62,397 nt of DNA from a virus. Lineage: Duplodnaviria; Caudoviricetes. Made by a program: the position numbers and the translations under genes. Each line of letters starts with the position of its first letter. Position 1 is the first letter of the stretch. The notes beneath the pieces were generated by a model, which worked only from the letters and a program-made list of their open reading frames with translations, was not told where the DNA came from and ran no database searches. Positions 25,064 to 35,926 of this stretch are shown here, one piece after another. The DNA lies in the IMG/VR virus record IMGVR_UViG_3300044640_001993, positions 1 to 62,397 of that record; one strand, given 5' to 3'.

Positions 25064-26092
25064 ATGGGTAATTTTATAGAATTAAAGGAAAATAATGGCT
25101 GGGGGTTACAGGTACTTTCTGAGGCAAGCAAGAGGTACTTAAAAGTGCCTATTGCTGTTCTTGGACAGTGGCAGCATCCTGAATATGGCTCTGTGCAGTT
25201 CAATCAAAAAGACTTTGACAATATGCTTCAGAACTGGAGTGAGAATATTGCTGGATACGAGCCTCCTTTATTCCTTGGTCATCCTAATAATGACACTACA
25301 ACTGAAGGTGCTCCATCTGTAGGATTTCTAGAAAAGCTATATCAAGAGGATAGGACTTTATTTGGGTTATTTGACCCTGTAGATGATCAAGTTTTCAATG
25401 ATGTAGATAAAGGAGCTTACAGATACTCTAGTGCAGAAGTGTATAGAAACGCTTTTAGCAAAACAACTGCCGAGCCTGTGGGAACTCTACTTAGAGGGGC
25501 GGCCTTAACAAACAGACCCTACCTGACTGGTATGCCTAGAGTAGAGACTATTCATCAACAGTTCTCTGAGCAGCCTTTAAACAACGTTACCTTTCTATTT
25601 CCCCTAACTACTGAAATTATGACTACCGAATCTATCACTTCTTCAGAAGCAACAGCAGTTGTTGCTTCCAACGACCAGTACCAAAAGCTATCTGAGAAGG
25701 TTGTTGACTTAACGATTCTTGTTGAAGGCTTACAGACTAAGCTGACCTTGGCAGAGCAAAAGTTAAGCGAAAATGCTGCTCTTTTAGAAAAGCAAGAAAA
25801 AGCTGCTTTTATTGCCAGACTCAATGCCTTAAATGTTAATGCTGACACCAAGCAGATTTTCTCAGAAATGATTACTGATGGTTATCTATCTGGTGCTGCG
25901 TTAGCAGCTAAGTTTGAGAAGTTGGAAAACCAGTCTAGTGAAAATGTTCAAAGCTTCTCTGAGCCTAAAGGTTCTGTAACTCCACAACCGATGGAAGAAG
26001 AAATTGTTAACCCTTACCAAAAGGTAATTGAGCAACACGCCCAAGTTCTTTCTGAGCGTAAACGCCAAGCTCAAGCCCAACGTTTTGTGTAA
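25064..26092 (+). CDS. Capsid maturation protease/scaffold (Mu gpI-like)
   Basis: LFLGH, YRYSSAE and LRGAALTNRPYL motifs; coiled-coil C-terminus. Confidence 0.85.
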   Translation: MGNFIELKENNGWGLQVLSEASKRYLKVPIAVLGQWQHPEYGSVQFNQKDFDNMLQNWSENIAGYEPPLFLGHPNNDTTTEGAPSVGFLEKLYQEDRTLFGLFDPVDDQVFNDVDKGAYRYSSAEVYRNAFSKTTAEPVGTLLRGAALTNRPYLTGMPRVETIHQQFSEQPLNNVTFLFPLTTEIMTTESITSSEATAVVASNDQYQKLSEKVVDLTILVEGLQTKLTLAEQKLSENAALLEKQEKAAFIARLNALNVNADTKQIFSEMITDGYLSGAALAAKFEKLENQSSENVQSFSEPKGSVTPQPMEEEIVNPYQKVIEQHAQVLSERKRQAQAQRFV

Positions 26093-26133
26093 GCTGAGTT
26101 TCTACATTTAACTTTTAATAGGAAATTATCATA

Positions 26134-27441
26134 ATGACTACCGAATTTCAAGCTGAAGTTTCACCCTATAGGTTTATTGGGGACATTCCTTCTCTAGGCT
26201 CTCTGCAATTAACCATGTTAGCTCGCTCTTTTGAGCAGCTAGAAATCACTCCCCTCTCTGATTTGTTTCCTGACGTAAATATTCAAGAACGGACTATCGT
26301 TGTTGAACAGATTATTGAAGGTCTGGGTATCATGCCAATCGTTAAGTTTGGCGTACCTGGTGGTGGATACATGGAGCCAAACAGAATCCGTTCGTTTGTG
26401 GCTACTCCTGCTGTTGTTCGTGAAGACGATTTTATTGAACAACACTTAATTAACCAATTGCGTAAGCCTGGTACTTTCAACGAAGCCTGGAATCCAAGTG
26501 ATCTCGTTAAAAACCGAGTTCAACAATTGATTAACCGTCACGCGCGGACTAAAGATTTATTCCGAGCTAAAACACTGTTAGGTGGTATTAAGTATTTAGA
26601 CCCTCGCAGTAAGAATAGCATTGACGTTTCTACTAATATTCCTGCTCATAACTTCTTTAGTTATGACGGCTTTTCTACTTCTGTAAGTAGCAATACACAA
26701 ATCTCTGGAACTCCTTACAACGCCGCTAAAGCTTTAATTAATGATAAAGGTCGTCCTGAAGCATTAATGTTTACAAGCACAGATGGTCGAGCTGGTGTAA
26801 GCTGGACTGACCCAAGAGCTGATATCATCCGTTGCTTGCGCTTGATTAAACAGTACCTCTACAAAACCAACAAGAACCGCTTTGATACTTTAGTTATCTC
26901 TTCAGACTTGATGACTATCATCATGGAAAATGAGTACATTAAATCTCTCATGGGTGTTCCTGGTTTAGTAGTCTTGAACCAACCAACCTCTACTGTTGCC
27001 GGAAACGCTAACGTGGCAACTGGTAATGCTCCTGCTACCTTTATCACTATGGGTGTTGGTGGAGATATTACAAGTATTGCTGGCTTAAAAATCCGCGTAA
27101 TGGACGGTTTATACCGTGACCCAGTTACAGGAGAAATTCAAACCTTCTGGCCTTCTAACAAAGTAGCTATTGTAGCTTCTGGTGCTTCTTCTGATCCTAG
27201 TGCACGTTTAGGATTTACCTATCACTGTAGCGGTGAAGCTCCTGATGGTAGTCCTGGTGTTTATATGCGTTCTGATGTGAGCGTGTTGCCAGCTCCTACA
27301 GGTGCTTTAATGCAAATGGGTGATGCTTTCTTACCTGTTGTTACTTATCCACACTGGATTAGTGTTCTAGAAGTTTGTGAACCTGAAGAATTGACAACTA
27401 AGTTTATTCTTCAAGCTAACTTGAACTACGGTACTTTCTAG
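26134..27441 (+). CDS. Major capsid protein (lambda gpE/Phage_cap_E-like)
   Basis: 435 aa after the protease; LSDLFP, WTDPRADII and FLPVV features; followed by a hairpin. Confidence 0.85.
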   Translation: MTTEFQAEVSPYRFIGDIPSLGSLQLTMLARSFEQLEITPLSDLFPDVNIQERTIVVEQIIEGLGIMPIVKFGVPGGGYMEPNRIRSFVATPAVVREDDFIEQHLINQLRKPGTFNEAWNPSDLVKNRVQQLINRHARTKDLFRAKTLLGGIKYLDPRSKNSIDVSTNIPAHNFFSYDGFSTSVSSNTQISGTPYNAAKALINDKGRPEALMFTSTDGRAGVSWTDPRADIIRCLRLIKQYLYKTNKNRFDTLVISSDLMTIIMENEYIKSLMGVPGLVVLNQPTSTVAGNANVATGNAPATFITMGVGGDITSIAGLKIRVMDGLYRDPVTGEIQTFWPSNKVAIVASGASSDPSARLGFTYHCSGEAPDGSPGVYMRSDVSVLPAPTGALMQMGDAFLPVVTYPHWISVLEVCEPEELTTKFILQANLNYGTF

Positions 27442-27450
27442 ACAACTCTA

Positions 27451-27478
27451 AGCTCCTGGTTTTACTACTAGGAGCCGA
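27451..27478 (+). terminator. Hairpin after the capsid gene
   Basis: GCTCCTGGT...ACTAGGAGC inverted repeat. Confidence 0.5.
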
Positions 27479-27509
27479 TTATTCATACTCTATAAAATAA
27501 GAGGGCTTA

Positions 27510-28253
27510 ATGGCAACTCCACTTAACGAACAAGCGACTCCTGGTTTTCGCTATTTAAAAGACTTATTCCCCGCCTCTAGAGGTATGGGTTTAAACTACT
27601 ACCCTTTCAGTTCTATCCAGAATGGTTTAACCCCAGCTTGGACAGCAGCGCCTGGTAACAACACTGTAGCTCAAACTGTTACTATTAGTGCGGGTTCTGC
27701 TTATTTAGACGGTCAGTTGGCTACTTTAGCAGCAAGTGTTAGTGTTACAGTCACTCCTGGTACAGTAGTAAATGGTGAGAACCTCTATCACATTTTCTTA
27801 AATCCAAGTCGGAGATTAGTTCCTACAACTGGTTCTGCTCCCACAACTTTACTTAATGGTGTAGCTGTGGCTGAGGGAGATATGTACGCAATTTGTGATA
27901 GTCGTGAAGACTATTTGATTGCTAATACGTTTTATAAGCGAGTTTCTGGAGTATGGCAGGCTCTTGACCCTTCATTTGAAGCTCCTCCAGTACCTTCACA
28001 AGCTGGTAAGAACAGAACTTGGGGTGGTAACTGTAGTCCTGTAATTGCTCTTGGCAACTTCTCTGTTAATACAATTGAGAAGAAAGCCTACATTGGTACA
28101 AACTACCCTCCTTACACTAATAGCAATTCAATGGCTTTGTTAAGAGACTCGGCTTCCTTGCATATTGCTACTTTAAGTCTGGTTTACAGTAGCAATACTC
28201 TTGTACCTGCAAGCTCTTCTTTGATTGCTATTAACAACTTAACTAATCCGTAG
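27510..28253 (+). CDS. Putative capsid decoration/structural protein
   Basis: Beta-rich; VTISAGSAYLDG motif; directly after the capsid gene. Confidence 0.6.
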   Translation: MATPLNEQATPGFRYLKDLFPASRGMGLNYYPFSSIQNGLTPAWTAAPGNNTVAQTVTISAGSAYLDGQLATLAASVSVTVTPGTVVNGENLYHIFLNPSRRLVPTTGSAPTTLLNGVAVAEGDMYAICDSREDYLIANTFYKRVSGVWQALDPSFEAPPVPSQAGKNRTWGGNCSPVIALGNFSVNTIEKKAYIGTNYPPYTNSNSMALLRDSASLHIATLSLVYSSNTLVPASSSLIAINNLTNP

Positions 28254-28254
28254 T

Positions 28255-28872
28255 ATGTCTTACCGCCTTTTTGCTACTAGACCAACCTTAGTTCAACTTG
28301 GTGGGAAACCCAGAATGTTGGGGGCAGGCGATCGCCTCCACCTTTCTGAAGAAGATGCTCAACGCATTCTTCAGTCTCCCGCTGCTAGTTATCTTACAGT
28401 AGTCACTTCTACTGACTCTTCAGAAGCTCCTAATTATGCTAATAGTGGGCAATATGAAGTCTTAGCTGACTTTGCTGAAATGAGAGAAGCTACGCCTACT
28501 TGTCAAGACCCTTTTGAGACTCCAATGCCTGAAAGTGCAAAGATAGACCCGCTAGAAGGTACTTACAACGCTTACGCGGCTGATGGAGAGAAGCTGCTTG
28601 GTACTTTGATTCAATCAAATGAGTCAACTACTATGGAAGAAAGAGTTTCTCCAGAAGAGGCAAAGATAGCAGAATACGAAGAAACTTTAAGATTGGCTTT
28701 ACCCGCTAAAGCCAACTGGAGAAGTATTGTTACTTACTTAGAAACCTTTGAGTTGAGAGAAAACAAACCCACAGACTTTATTATTTACATCAAAGATAAA
28801 TATAAAGGTCTTGCAACAGTTGTTGCTAAATGCAATAGCCTACTAGGTATTACGGAAGACGAGGAACAATAA
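28255..28872 (+). CDS. Hypothetical protein (head completion region)
   Basis: Tightly packed ORF in the operon. Confidence 0.7.
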   Translation: MSYRLFATRPTLVQLGGKPRMLGAGDRLHLSEEDAQRILQSPAASYLTVVTSTDSSEAPNYANSGQYEVLADFAEMREATPTCQDPFETPMPESAKIDPLEGTYNAYAADGEKLLGTLIQSNESTTMEERVSPEEAKIAEYEETLRLALPAKANWRSIVTYLETFELRENKPTDFIIYIKDKYKGLATVVAKCNSLLGITEDEEQ

Positions 28873-30503
28873 TGTCTACTACGTTAAACTTTGCTGACCG
28901 CTTTAGTTATCCCCAACCAGATGGTATTTCACCAACAGTATCAGCTACAGCGGCAGCAGGTTTAACTGAGGCTCAGATAATAGCTGCTGCACCACAATTA
29001 GTAGACATGGCTGGTATGGTCAGAAGATACTCAGTCTTACTTAGCCGCAGAACAACATTAGAAATATTTAAAATAATAACTTCGGAAGCAGACCCTAGAA
29101 TAGCTCTTATATTAGCTTCGGCTAGAAGAAAGACAGATAATAATTATTTGTTTCAAGGGTTAAACCAAGTAAAGGAAGTAATGTACGCAGACTCAGCGAG
29201 AGAGTTATCTGGCATTACTAATAGAACTCTTTTTAGTGACGGTATTAGAAGGGTTGCGGCTGCTCTTACAGCTTCAGTATTAATAGGGCAGTTAGCACAG
29301 ATTCCAGAGCAAGCTGAACACGCTAATACTATAGAAAAGCAAGCTCTAGCTGATTTAGATAGAGTTTGTACGACTTATGAGTTATCACAGTCTGCTAGTG
29401 ACGCTAATAATAATGATGATAAAGCCGACACTAGTTTTGTGTTTGAAGCAACAGATGTATCTTTGGTAACAGGTGAGCAACTTGCTGTTAGTTGGTATTC
29501 TGTAGGCTTAACTGATGCTTGGGTTAGTTCTGGTAACTATACAACTTCAACATCAGCTTGGCGGGTAGTAGCTGATTTAGCGGAGTCTATTAACTCTTTA
29601 AGTTTAGTGTACGAGTTGGAGTCTTTAGTGGCTGTGGCAAGATTAGCTGGTAGCGTTAGTGAGCTACCAGAAGTTCATACTTTATCTTTCTACCCCAGAA
29701 CTCCTACTAAAGGGGTAATTGCTTTTTCTTTAAGCATAAGAATTGAAAAGAAAGTGTCTGGTATCCCCACAGGAGAAAGCCCTGTAAGATGGGGACTTAC
29801 TTGGAATACTATCTCTAATAAAGTTCTAAACGGCTCTATTCTTATTTTAAAAGATAATAAAAGCTCTTCCTCAACAAGCGAGAAGCACGTTGCGCCTACA
29901 GTTCTCTATATAAGAAACAAAATAACTTATGATGCGATCGCTCCGGTTCCTGCAGCTAATTCTAAACTAAAATTTAGAACTCAGTTCTGGACTCCTCAAG
30001 ATGTACCTACGTCAGACTTCACAGAAATTACTATAGCTAGAGTTATCAAAACTGACCTTATCGAGCAGCAAGAAGCTGACAGATTAAGGTTTTCTCAAAT
30101 AGCCGCAGCTTTACTACAAGCTGTCTCTATAAAAAGAAATAACAGCGGGTTGACTGGAGCAATCATTCGTAATGACCCTTTATCAATTATCACTCCTGTA
30201 GCGGGTGTAGAGTTAATAGCTTGGACATTATCTAGGTTTAATACTCATGTAGTCTTAGACATACTAGAAATGCCTTCAGATATAGAAATTGCCACTGGGA
30301 ATTTAGTCTCACCGCACACTCTATTTAGTAGTAACCCTAAGTCTATAAGAACTGAATGTACCGTCCTTGGTGGTTCATCTTTACTCAATACTGGAGGGCT
30401 AGGGTCTACACAGCCTCTATTGTCAAAAAGTTCTAAAAAGAGCTTAACTCTCCAGAAAATAAACGATGAGGTAAGTATGTTAGATCAAAGGACGTGGATT
30501 TAA
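28872..30503 (+). CDS. Putative head-tail adaptor/neck protein
   Basis: Position; helical N-terminal part; coupled start and stop. Confidence 0.5.
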   Translation: MSTTLNFADRFSYPQPDGISPTVSATAAAGLTEAQIIAAAPQLVDMAGMVRRYSVLLSRRTTLEIFKIITSEADPRIALILASARRKTDNNYLFQGLNQVKEVMYADSARELSGITNRTLFSDGIRRVAAALTASVLIGQLAQIPEQAEHANTIEKQALADLDRVCTTYELSQSASDANNNDDKADTSFVFEATDVSLVTGEQLAVSWYSVGLTDAWVSSGNYTTSTSAWRVVADLAESINSLSLVYELESLVAVARLAGSVSELPEVHTLSFYPRTPTKGVIAFSLSIRIEKKVSGIPTGESPVRWGLTWNTISNKVLNGSILILKDNKSSSSTSEKHVAPTVLYIRNKITYDAIAPVPAANSKLKFRTQFWTPQDVPTSDFTEITIARVIKTDLIEQQEADRLRFSQIAAALLQAVSIKRNNSGLTGAIIRNDPLSIITPVAGVELIAWTLSRFNTHVVLDILEMPSDIEIATGNLVSPHTLFSSNPKSIRTECTVLGGSSLLNTGGLGSTQPLLSKSSKKSLTLQKINDEVSMLDQRTWI

Positions 30504-31459
30504 TGGATTACTTGTATCCAACTCATGACCAAGCCGTTTTAGCTCTACTAAACGCTATTCTCACCCACCATGAAGTTCAAAATAGTTATATTTACTATCC
30601 AGTAATTCTTGGAGAGATACCCCAAACAGAGCCTATTAGATTTACTAGTGCTAGAGACTTTGGTGGTATGGAGCTTATAGAGTCTGGTCTGACCTTGGCT
30701 GTATATCCCTTACATGGTGGTTTTGACCAAAAGAGTGCAGCCTTTTCGGCAAGAGAAAGAAAGTCTGTAAAATATGAAGATAAATACTTAGGAAGAGCAG
30801 GAGACACTAACTATGGGGTTCACTCTACTTTTTCCTTTGTAGTTCAATTATTTTATAGAGACGCATCCTTAAACGCGCCAGTAGCAATTACCAGTGATGT
30901 TCTAACTGACGAGTCTGGAGATAACTTTTATCCTTTAACTATTAGCCCAGCTCGGCGGGTTCAGTATAAAGATAGTAGGTTGCCAGCAGACGTTACTACT
31001 TTAGAGGAGCTACTTGATAATGAACAAGCTGTTATAGAAGAGTCAACAGTGGGCAACAATGTTTCCTTAACTGTGTTTACCTTACCCGCAGAAAGAATAC
31101 TTCGCAGTTGGATGAGTCTGCTGGTAAAAGTCATTAGGTCTCTTACTGTATTAAGACCTTTTTGCATCAAAAACCCAACAGTAGAATACGTTGATTATCC
31201 TACTTCTAACTGGCTCAGAGACAGCTCTAACTTAGTCTTTCATACTTCTTACCTTATTGTTAGCTATGACTGTATAGAGCCTGCTGGTAGTGGGGAGTTT
31301 ACTTTTCCCTACCCTCCTAATCCTGACCCTAATCCTGACCCAGATATTTACTTGTTTCCAGCCCCTTCTAAAATTAAACTGGAGACAGAGACTACTCTTA
31401 ATAACTTAACTACTGTAGACACTGACCTTCTCAAACTCAAAGACTCTACTGACTCCTAA
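30494..31459 (+). CDS. Putative tail terminator/neck protein
   Basis: Position between head and tail genes; function inferred from synteny only. Confidence 0.45.
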   Translation: MDLMDYLYPTHDQAVLALLNAILTHHEVQNSYIYYPVILGEIPQTEPIRFTSARDFGGMELIESGLTLAVYPLHGGFDQKSAAFSARERKSVKYEDKYLGRAGDTNYGVHSTFSFVVQLFYRDASLNAPVAITSDVLTDESGDNFYPLTISPARRVQYKDSRLPADVTTLEELLDNEQAVIEESTVGNNVSLTVFTLPAERILRSWMSLLVKVIRSLTVLRPFCIKNPTVEYVDYPTSNWLRDSSNLVFHTSYLIVSYDCIEPAGSGEFTFPYPPNPDPNPDPDIYLFPAPSKIKLETETTLNNLTTVDTDLLKLKDSTDS

Positions 31460-31551
31460 ACTTAGAACACAAGACATAAATAAAGACTAAGTTGGGATTA
31501 GCTAAGTTTATTAACTTATATTGTTTTTTTAATTATATGGAAGATTTAAAG

Positions 31552-34500
31552 ATGTCGCAGTTTGGTGAGGTTATTAGTATCCTCCCAGAAGACAAAATAC
31601 CGCTTGTAAGAGAAGCCGACGGTAGCTTCAGTAATCATAAGATCAAGTTTGAAAACCTAGTTACTAGTTTTAAATACACCAACCGCATTTACGTTTCTCC
31701 ACAAGGTTCTGATAATAATGACGGTAGAAGCCCTGAGACAGCTTTAAGAACCATCAAGGCTGCTGCTAGGTTAGCTACTACAACTACGGAGGTAGAGTCA
31801 ATCTATGTGGGAACTGGAGAGTTTATAGAGGACAACCCAATCTATCTGCCACCTGGTACCGCTGTCATTGGTGATAACTTACGCAGGACTATCTTAAAGC
31901 CTTTAAATGAAGGGCGAGACTTCTTTTGGTGGTCTAGTGGATGTTATGTCAACTACTTGGTTTTTCAAGATAACTATTTTGGTGGGGTTGGGAAGCTAGA
32001 TACTTCCAATCAAGTTAACGATAGGGTCTTTCCTGCAACTGGATTAAGTTTTAATTTATTTCCTAATCACACTCTACAAAGGCTGCCAGGGGTTTACAAA
32101 GACGGGGCAGGTTTAATACAGGCTCAACGCAATGACATTATAAACTCTGCTTACTCCTATATGATAGGGCTTAACACAGGATTAGTAATTCCTGGCGGAG
32201 GAGAGGCTACTTGTAAAAGAGATATTGGCTACTTTGTTGATGCAATTTCTAATGACTTAAAAGCTGGTGGTAATGTCAACTCTATTAAAGCTGGAAGGGC
32301 TTATAGAGATACTAACGGTGATTTAATACCTACTATTGCTGGAGAAGTAATACAAACTAAGCAAGCTTTCAATAAAGCTAAAGACCTTTGTAAAACAGCT
32401 ATAATGACTGTTCCAAATAGTTATGGGGCTGTAGACACTTCAAACCCTGGAGCTTGTACCCAAGTTAGTGACACTATTGAAAGTTTAAGTAATTTAATTA
32501 TTAGCTTAATTGACGGTGGGGATACTACTCAATACAACTCTGGGGCTGGTTATGTACTTATTGACCAAGAGTGGATAGAAGTTTTAGACATTCAAAGTAA
32601 TACTGTCACTATTGCAGATACAGGTAAACGTGGCGTAACTAATCCTATTACTGGAAATAATTCTACTCCTGATAAACACATTAACGGAGCCATTGTTTCT
32701 CAGGGGGGTAGAGCTTTCAGGTATGCTGTTGCTTTCCCAGACCAAGATGGTTATTGGGGTAAGGGTAGAATCTCTATTAATGGGTCTACTGTTACAGGGG
32801 TCGGTACAAACTTTACTAAAGAAGCTTTTGTTGGCTGGGCATTAAAAGTAGGAAATGTTTTTTACGAAATTCAATCTATTAACAGTAACACAAGTATTTC
32901 TTTAGTTTCTTCAGTAGCTAGTATATCTAGTAAAGCGTATAAAGTTGTTCCTAAAAAAGAACAAATCTTCTTATCTCCCTACATCCAAAACTGCTCTAAT
33001 ATCTCTGTTCTTGGTAATGCTGTATACGACAGTGCTACGCAGTCTTATGATGCAAACAAAACAAGAGCTGGAGGGATGTTAGTTGACAACCTTCAACTAG
33101 ATAACAAAACTCCTATTCCTTCTAATGTTGCCGACGCTTTTACTCAGATTGCTTTTGGTGGGATTGGTTTTCACCACAAGAATGATGGGTACTCTCAGCT
33201 AGTATCTGTATTCCAAGTATTTGATAGTGTAGGTATTTTATGTGAGTCTGGAGCTTACACTTCTGTCACAAACTCAGCTACTAACTTTGGTAGTGAAGGT
33301 CTAAAGGCTATTGGTTTTAGTAGTAATGCAATACCCTCCTTTAAAAACGGTATTGCTACCAGCATTATAAATCAGACAAAAGTTGGTTTTAATAATAGTC
33401 CAACAAACATTCTTTCTACTGTCTTTGCTTCTGAGAGTGGAGGCTCTAAGACTAAAGCCATAATTACAGTATCTAACGTAGACATTGGTAAGTTTGAAGC
33501 TGGGCAAACTATTACTATTACTGGACACACCTCAACCCCTTCTATCAATGGCGTTGGGCTAATTATAAGTGGGTTAAACTTTAGTGCTAACACTATTGAA
33601 GTAATATTAAACACTGCTTTTCCTAACACTAGAGTTAATGGGGTTGCCACAGGAACTATTACTGTTACTAGCGGTAAACTAGAAACTAAAGTTATTGTCA
33701 GTGGTTTTCTAGAGAATCCCTTACCAAATTACGTTGTTAAGATTACAGGATTAGCTAATCATCCTAGTGGCACAGAGTATGTAGTCAATAATGTTTACCA
33801 GCCGCTAGAGAATGGAGTCTGTGCTTTTACTTTGCAGCAGACTATTCCTACTGAAGTTTTATCTGTACTAGCACCAAATCGTCCGTTAGAGCTAAGAGCG
33901 CCTTCTACAGTTAACAGTTCTTCTCACACTTATGAATATGTGGGTGCAGGAATAAACTATACAGCTTTGCCCATTAATGGTGGACGTACAGACAAGAGTA
34001 AGCAAGCAGTAGAAATAAACTCTGGTAAGTGCTATGTCTCAGCTACAGACCAAGATGGTAATTTTAATGTTGGGAACTACTTTAATGTTGATTTACGAAC
34101 AGGACAAATTACTTTTGCAGGTCAATTAAACCTTGGAGTTATTGATGCTTTAGAACTATTAGCTTCACCAGGTGTACCTATTTATGAGTTTGTCACCTCT
34201 GTAAGAAGTCAGATTAGTGCTAAAAATACTGCGATTGCGACAGAGAAGGGTGTTAGAGATTTTGTAGTAGCCAATTTAGGTTCATTATTCCTAAAAGAAC
34301 CAACTACTTCAGGAGGCACAGGGGCTTCAGCAGGGCAGCTTGTTCAACTTACCTCAGAAGGGGTTATTGACTCTTCAATGGTAAGAATCCCTGCAAGTAG
34401 CGTGTACACTGTTGTAGACCAAGCAGCAAGATTAGTGACTTCTCTTAATGGCATCCCATTAAAAGCAGGTGATTATGTAGTTCAGCTTAATCCTGTGCCT

Positions 34501-35589
34501 GCCACAAAATATATTCTCACAGCTCTTCCAGCGACAAATAGTGCAAATTGGGATGTATTTAGCGTTGATAGTTTTGATGCTTCTGCTATTGTTTCGGGGT
34601 TACTTAGTGCAGCAAGACTTGGAACTGGAACTGCAAATACTAATACCTTTCTTAGTGGCGGAGGAACTTTTGCTCCAGTAGTCCAAAAGTTAAAACCTGC
34701 TACTGACTCTCCAATATTGGTAGGAACTCAAAATAACACTACTCCTGTCTCTAGCGGAGAAGCTGGGTTTTTAGAAATAGATGTTACTAAAACTGCTTAT
34801 GCTTCTGGACAAACTTCTGGCTCATCTAGTTTAGGGGTAGCTAAATTTACTTATGATGATTTTAATATCACTTCAAACGTTGTAAGTATTAAAGACAAAT
34901 TTAAGAGTGCAGCTACACCTTTAAACTTTAACCCTAGCACTGGCGAGTTAACCATTCAATCTGCTTCTACCACACAAACAGGGGCATTAACTTTAACTGA
35001 TTGGAATACTTTTAATAGCAAGGAATCTGCTATTGCTGCTGGAACTACTACACAGTATTGGAGAGGAGATAAAACTTGGCAAACTTTAAACAGTTCAACT
35101 GTAGGTTTAGGTAATGTTGACAACACATCAGATGCTGCTAAACCTGTTTCTACAGCTACCCAAACAGCTTTAAATGGCAAGCTTAGTAGCGTTCCTATTG
35201 CCACAACTACAGTTTTAGGTGGCATCAAAGTTGGTAGCGGGTTAGCTGTTACAGCAGATGGTACTCTTAGCTCTACTGTAACCGGTGGTGTATCTTCTGT
35301 GAATGGTGCTGTAGGGGAGGTAACAATAAGTGCTGCTAGTTTAGGAGTTTATACAACTTCACAAACTGACACTTTACTGAATACAAAACAAAATACTTTA
35401 GGATATATACCGCTAGGAGCTAATAGCAATCTTTCGGATGTTAGTAGTGCCTTTGCAGCACTAAACAATCTGCTTCCTACGCAAACAGGACAAAATGGTA
35501 AATTCCTCATAACAAGTGGATTGGCTCCTAGTTGGGGTTCCGCTGCATCTCTTGACGACGCTTTAATTTATGCACTTACTTTTGGATAA
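31552..35589 (+). CDS. Large tail fibre/structural protein with beta-helix-like domain
   Basis: IYVSPQGSDNNDGRSPETALRTIKAA entry motif; CKRDIGYFVDAISNDL..GGN motif like cyanomyophage structural proteins; fibre repeats VGLGNVDNTSD and ATTTVLGGIKVG. Confidence 0.8.
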   Translation: MSQFGEVISILPEDKIPLVREADGSFSNHKIKFENLVTSFKYTNRIYVSPQGSDNNDGRSPETALRTIKAAARLATTTTEVESIYVGTGEFIEDNPIYLPPGTAVIGDNLRRTILKPLNEGRDFFWWSSGCYVNYLVFQDNYFGGVGKLDTSNQVNDRVFPATGLSFNLFPNHTLQRLPGVYKDGAGLIQAQRNDIINSAYSYMIGLNTGLVIPGGGEATCKRDIGYFVDAISNDLKAGGNVNSIKAGRAYRDTNGDLIPTIAGEVIQTKQAFNKAKDLCKTAIMTVPNSYGAVDTSNPGACTQVSDTIESLSNLIISLIDGGDTTQYNSGAGYVLIDQEWIEVLDIQSNTVTIADTGKRGVTNPITGNNSTPDKHINGAIVSQGGRAFRYAVAFPDQDGYWGKGRISINGSTVTGVGTNFTKEAFVGWALKVGNVFYEIQSINSNTSISLVSSVASISSKAYKVVPKKEQIFLSPYIQNCSNISVLGNAVYDSATQSYDANKTRAGGMLVDNLQLDNKTPIPSNVADAFTQIAFGGIGFHHKNDGYSQLVSVFQVFDSVGILCESGAYTSVTNSATNFGSEGLKAIGFSSNAIPSFKNGIATSIINQTKVGFNNSPTNILSTVFASESGGSKTKAIITVSNVDIGKFEAGQTITITGHTSTPSINGVGLIISGLNFSANTIEVILNTAFPNTRVNGVATGTITVTSGKLETKVIVSGFLENPLPNYVVKITGLANHPSGTEYVVNNVYQPLENGVCAFTLQQTIPTEVLSVLAPNRPLELRAPSTVNSSSHTYEYVGAGINYTALPINGGRTDKSKQAVEINSGKCYVSATDQDGNFNVGNYFNVDLRTGQITFAGQLNLGVIDALELLASPGVPIYEFVTSVRSQISAKNTAIATEKGVRDFVVANLGSLFLKEPTTSGGTGASAGQLVQLTSEGVIDSSMVRIPASSVYTVVDQAARLVTSLNGIPLKAGDYVVQLNPVPATKYILTALPATNSANWDVFSVDSFDASAIVSGLLSAARLGTGTANTNTFLSGGGTFAPVVQKLKPATDSPILVGTQNNTTPVSSGEAGFLEIDVTKTAYASGQTSGSSSLGVAKFTYDDFNITSNVVSIKDKFKSAATPLNFNPSTGELTIQSASTTQTGALTLTDWNTFNSKESAIAAGTTTQYWRGDKTWQTLNSSTVGLGNVDNTSDAAKPVSTATQTALNGKLSSVPIATTTVLGGIKVGSGLAVTADGTLSSTVTGGVSSVNGAVGEVTISAASLGVYTTSQTDTLLNTKQNTLGYIPLGANSNLSDVSSAFAALNNLLPTQTGQNGKFLITSGLAPSWGSAASLDDALIYALTFG

Positions 35590-35604
35590 TTAGGATAAAA
35601 AACC

Positions 35605-35925
35605 ATGCCTTCAGCTTTAAAAACATCCGTAGCTACAGCTACTACATCAGTCACAACTCTGTACACTTGCCCTGCTTCTACAACAAGTGTTGTAACTTTT
35701 ATTCAAGGGTGTAACAAAACATTTACGGCAAGTGATTTAACCATTAGATTTCAAAGAAGTACCGTAGATTACTGGATAATGAACGCTGTACAAGTTGACC
35801 CAGGATATCCGGTCAGCGTTATAGATGGTCAAAAATTAGTTTTACAAGCGGGAGATTTGATAAGAATCTCAGCTTCAGCAGCTTCAACAATAGATGTGAT
35901 TTTGTCAGTAACGGAGTTAACTTAA
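35605..35925 (+). CDS. Small fibre-associated structural protein
   Basis: TTLYTCPA...KLVLQAGDLIR pattern commonly found beside fibre genes. Confidence 0.7.
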   Translation: MPSALKTSVATATTSVTTLYTCPASTTSVVTFIQGCNKTFTASDLTIRFQRSTVDYWIMNAVQVDPGYPVSVIDGQKLVLQAGDLIRISASAASTIDVILSVTELT

Positions 35926-35926
35926 A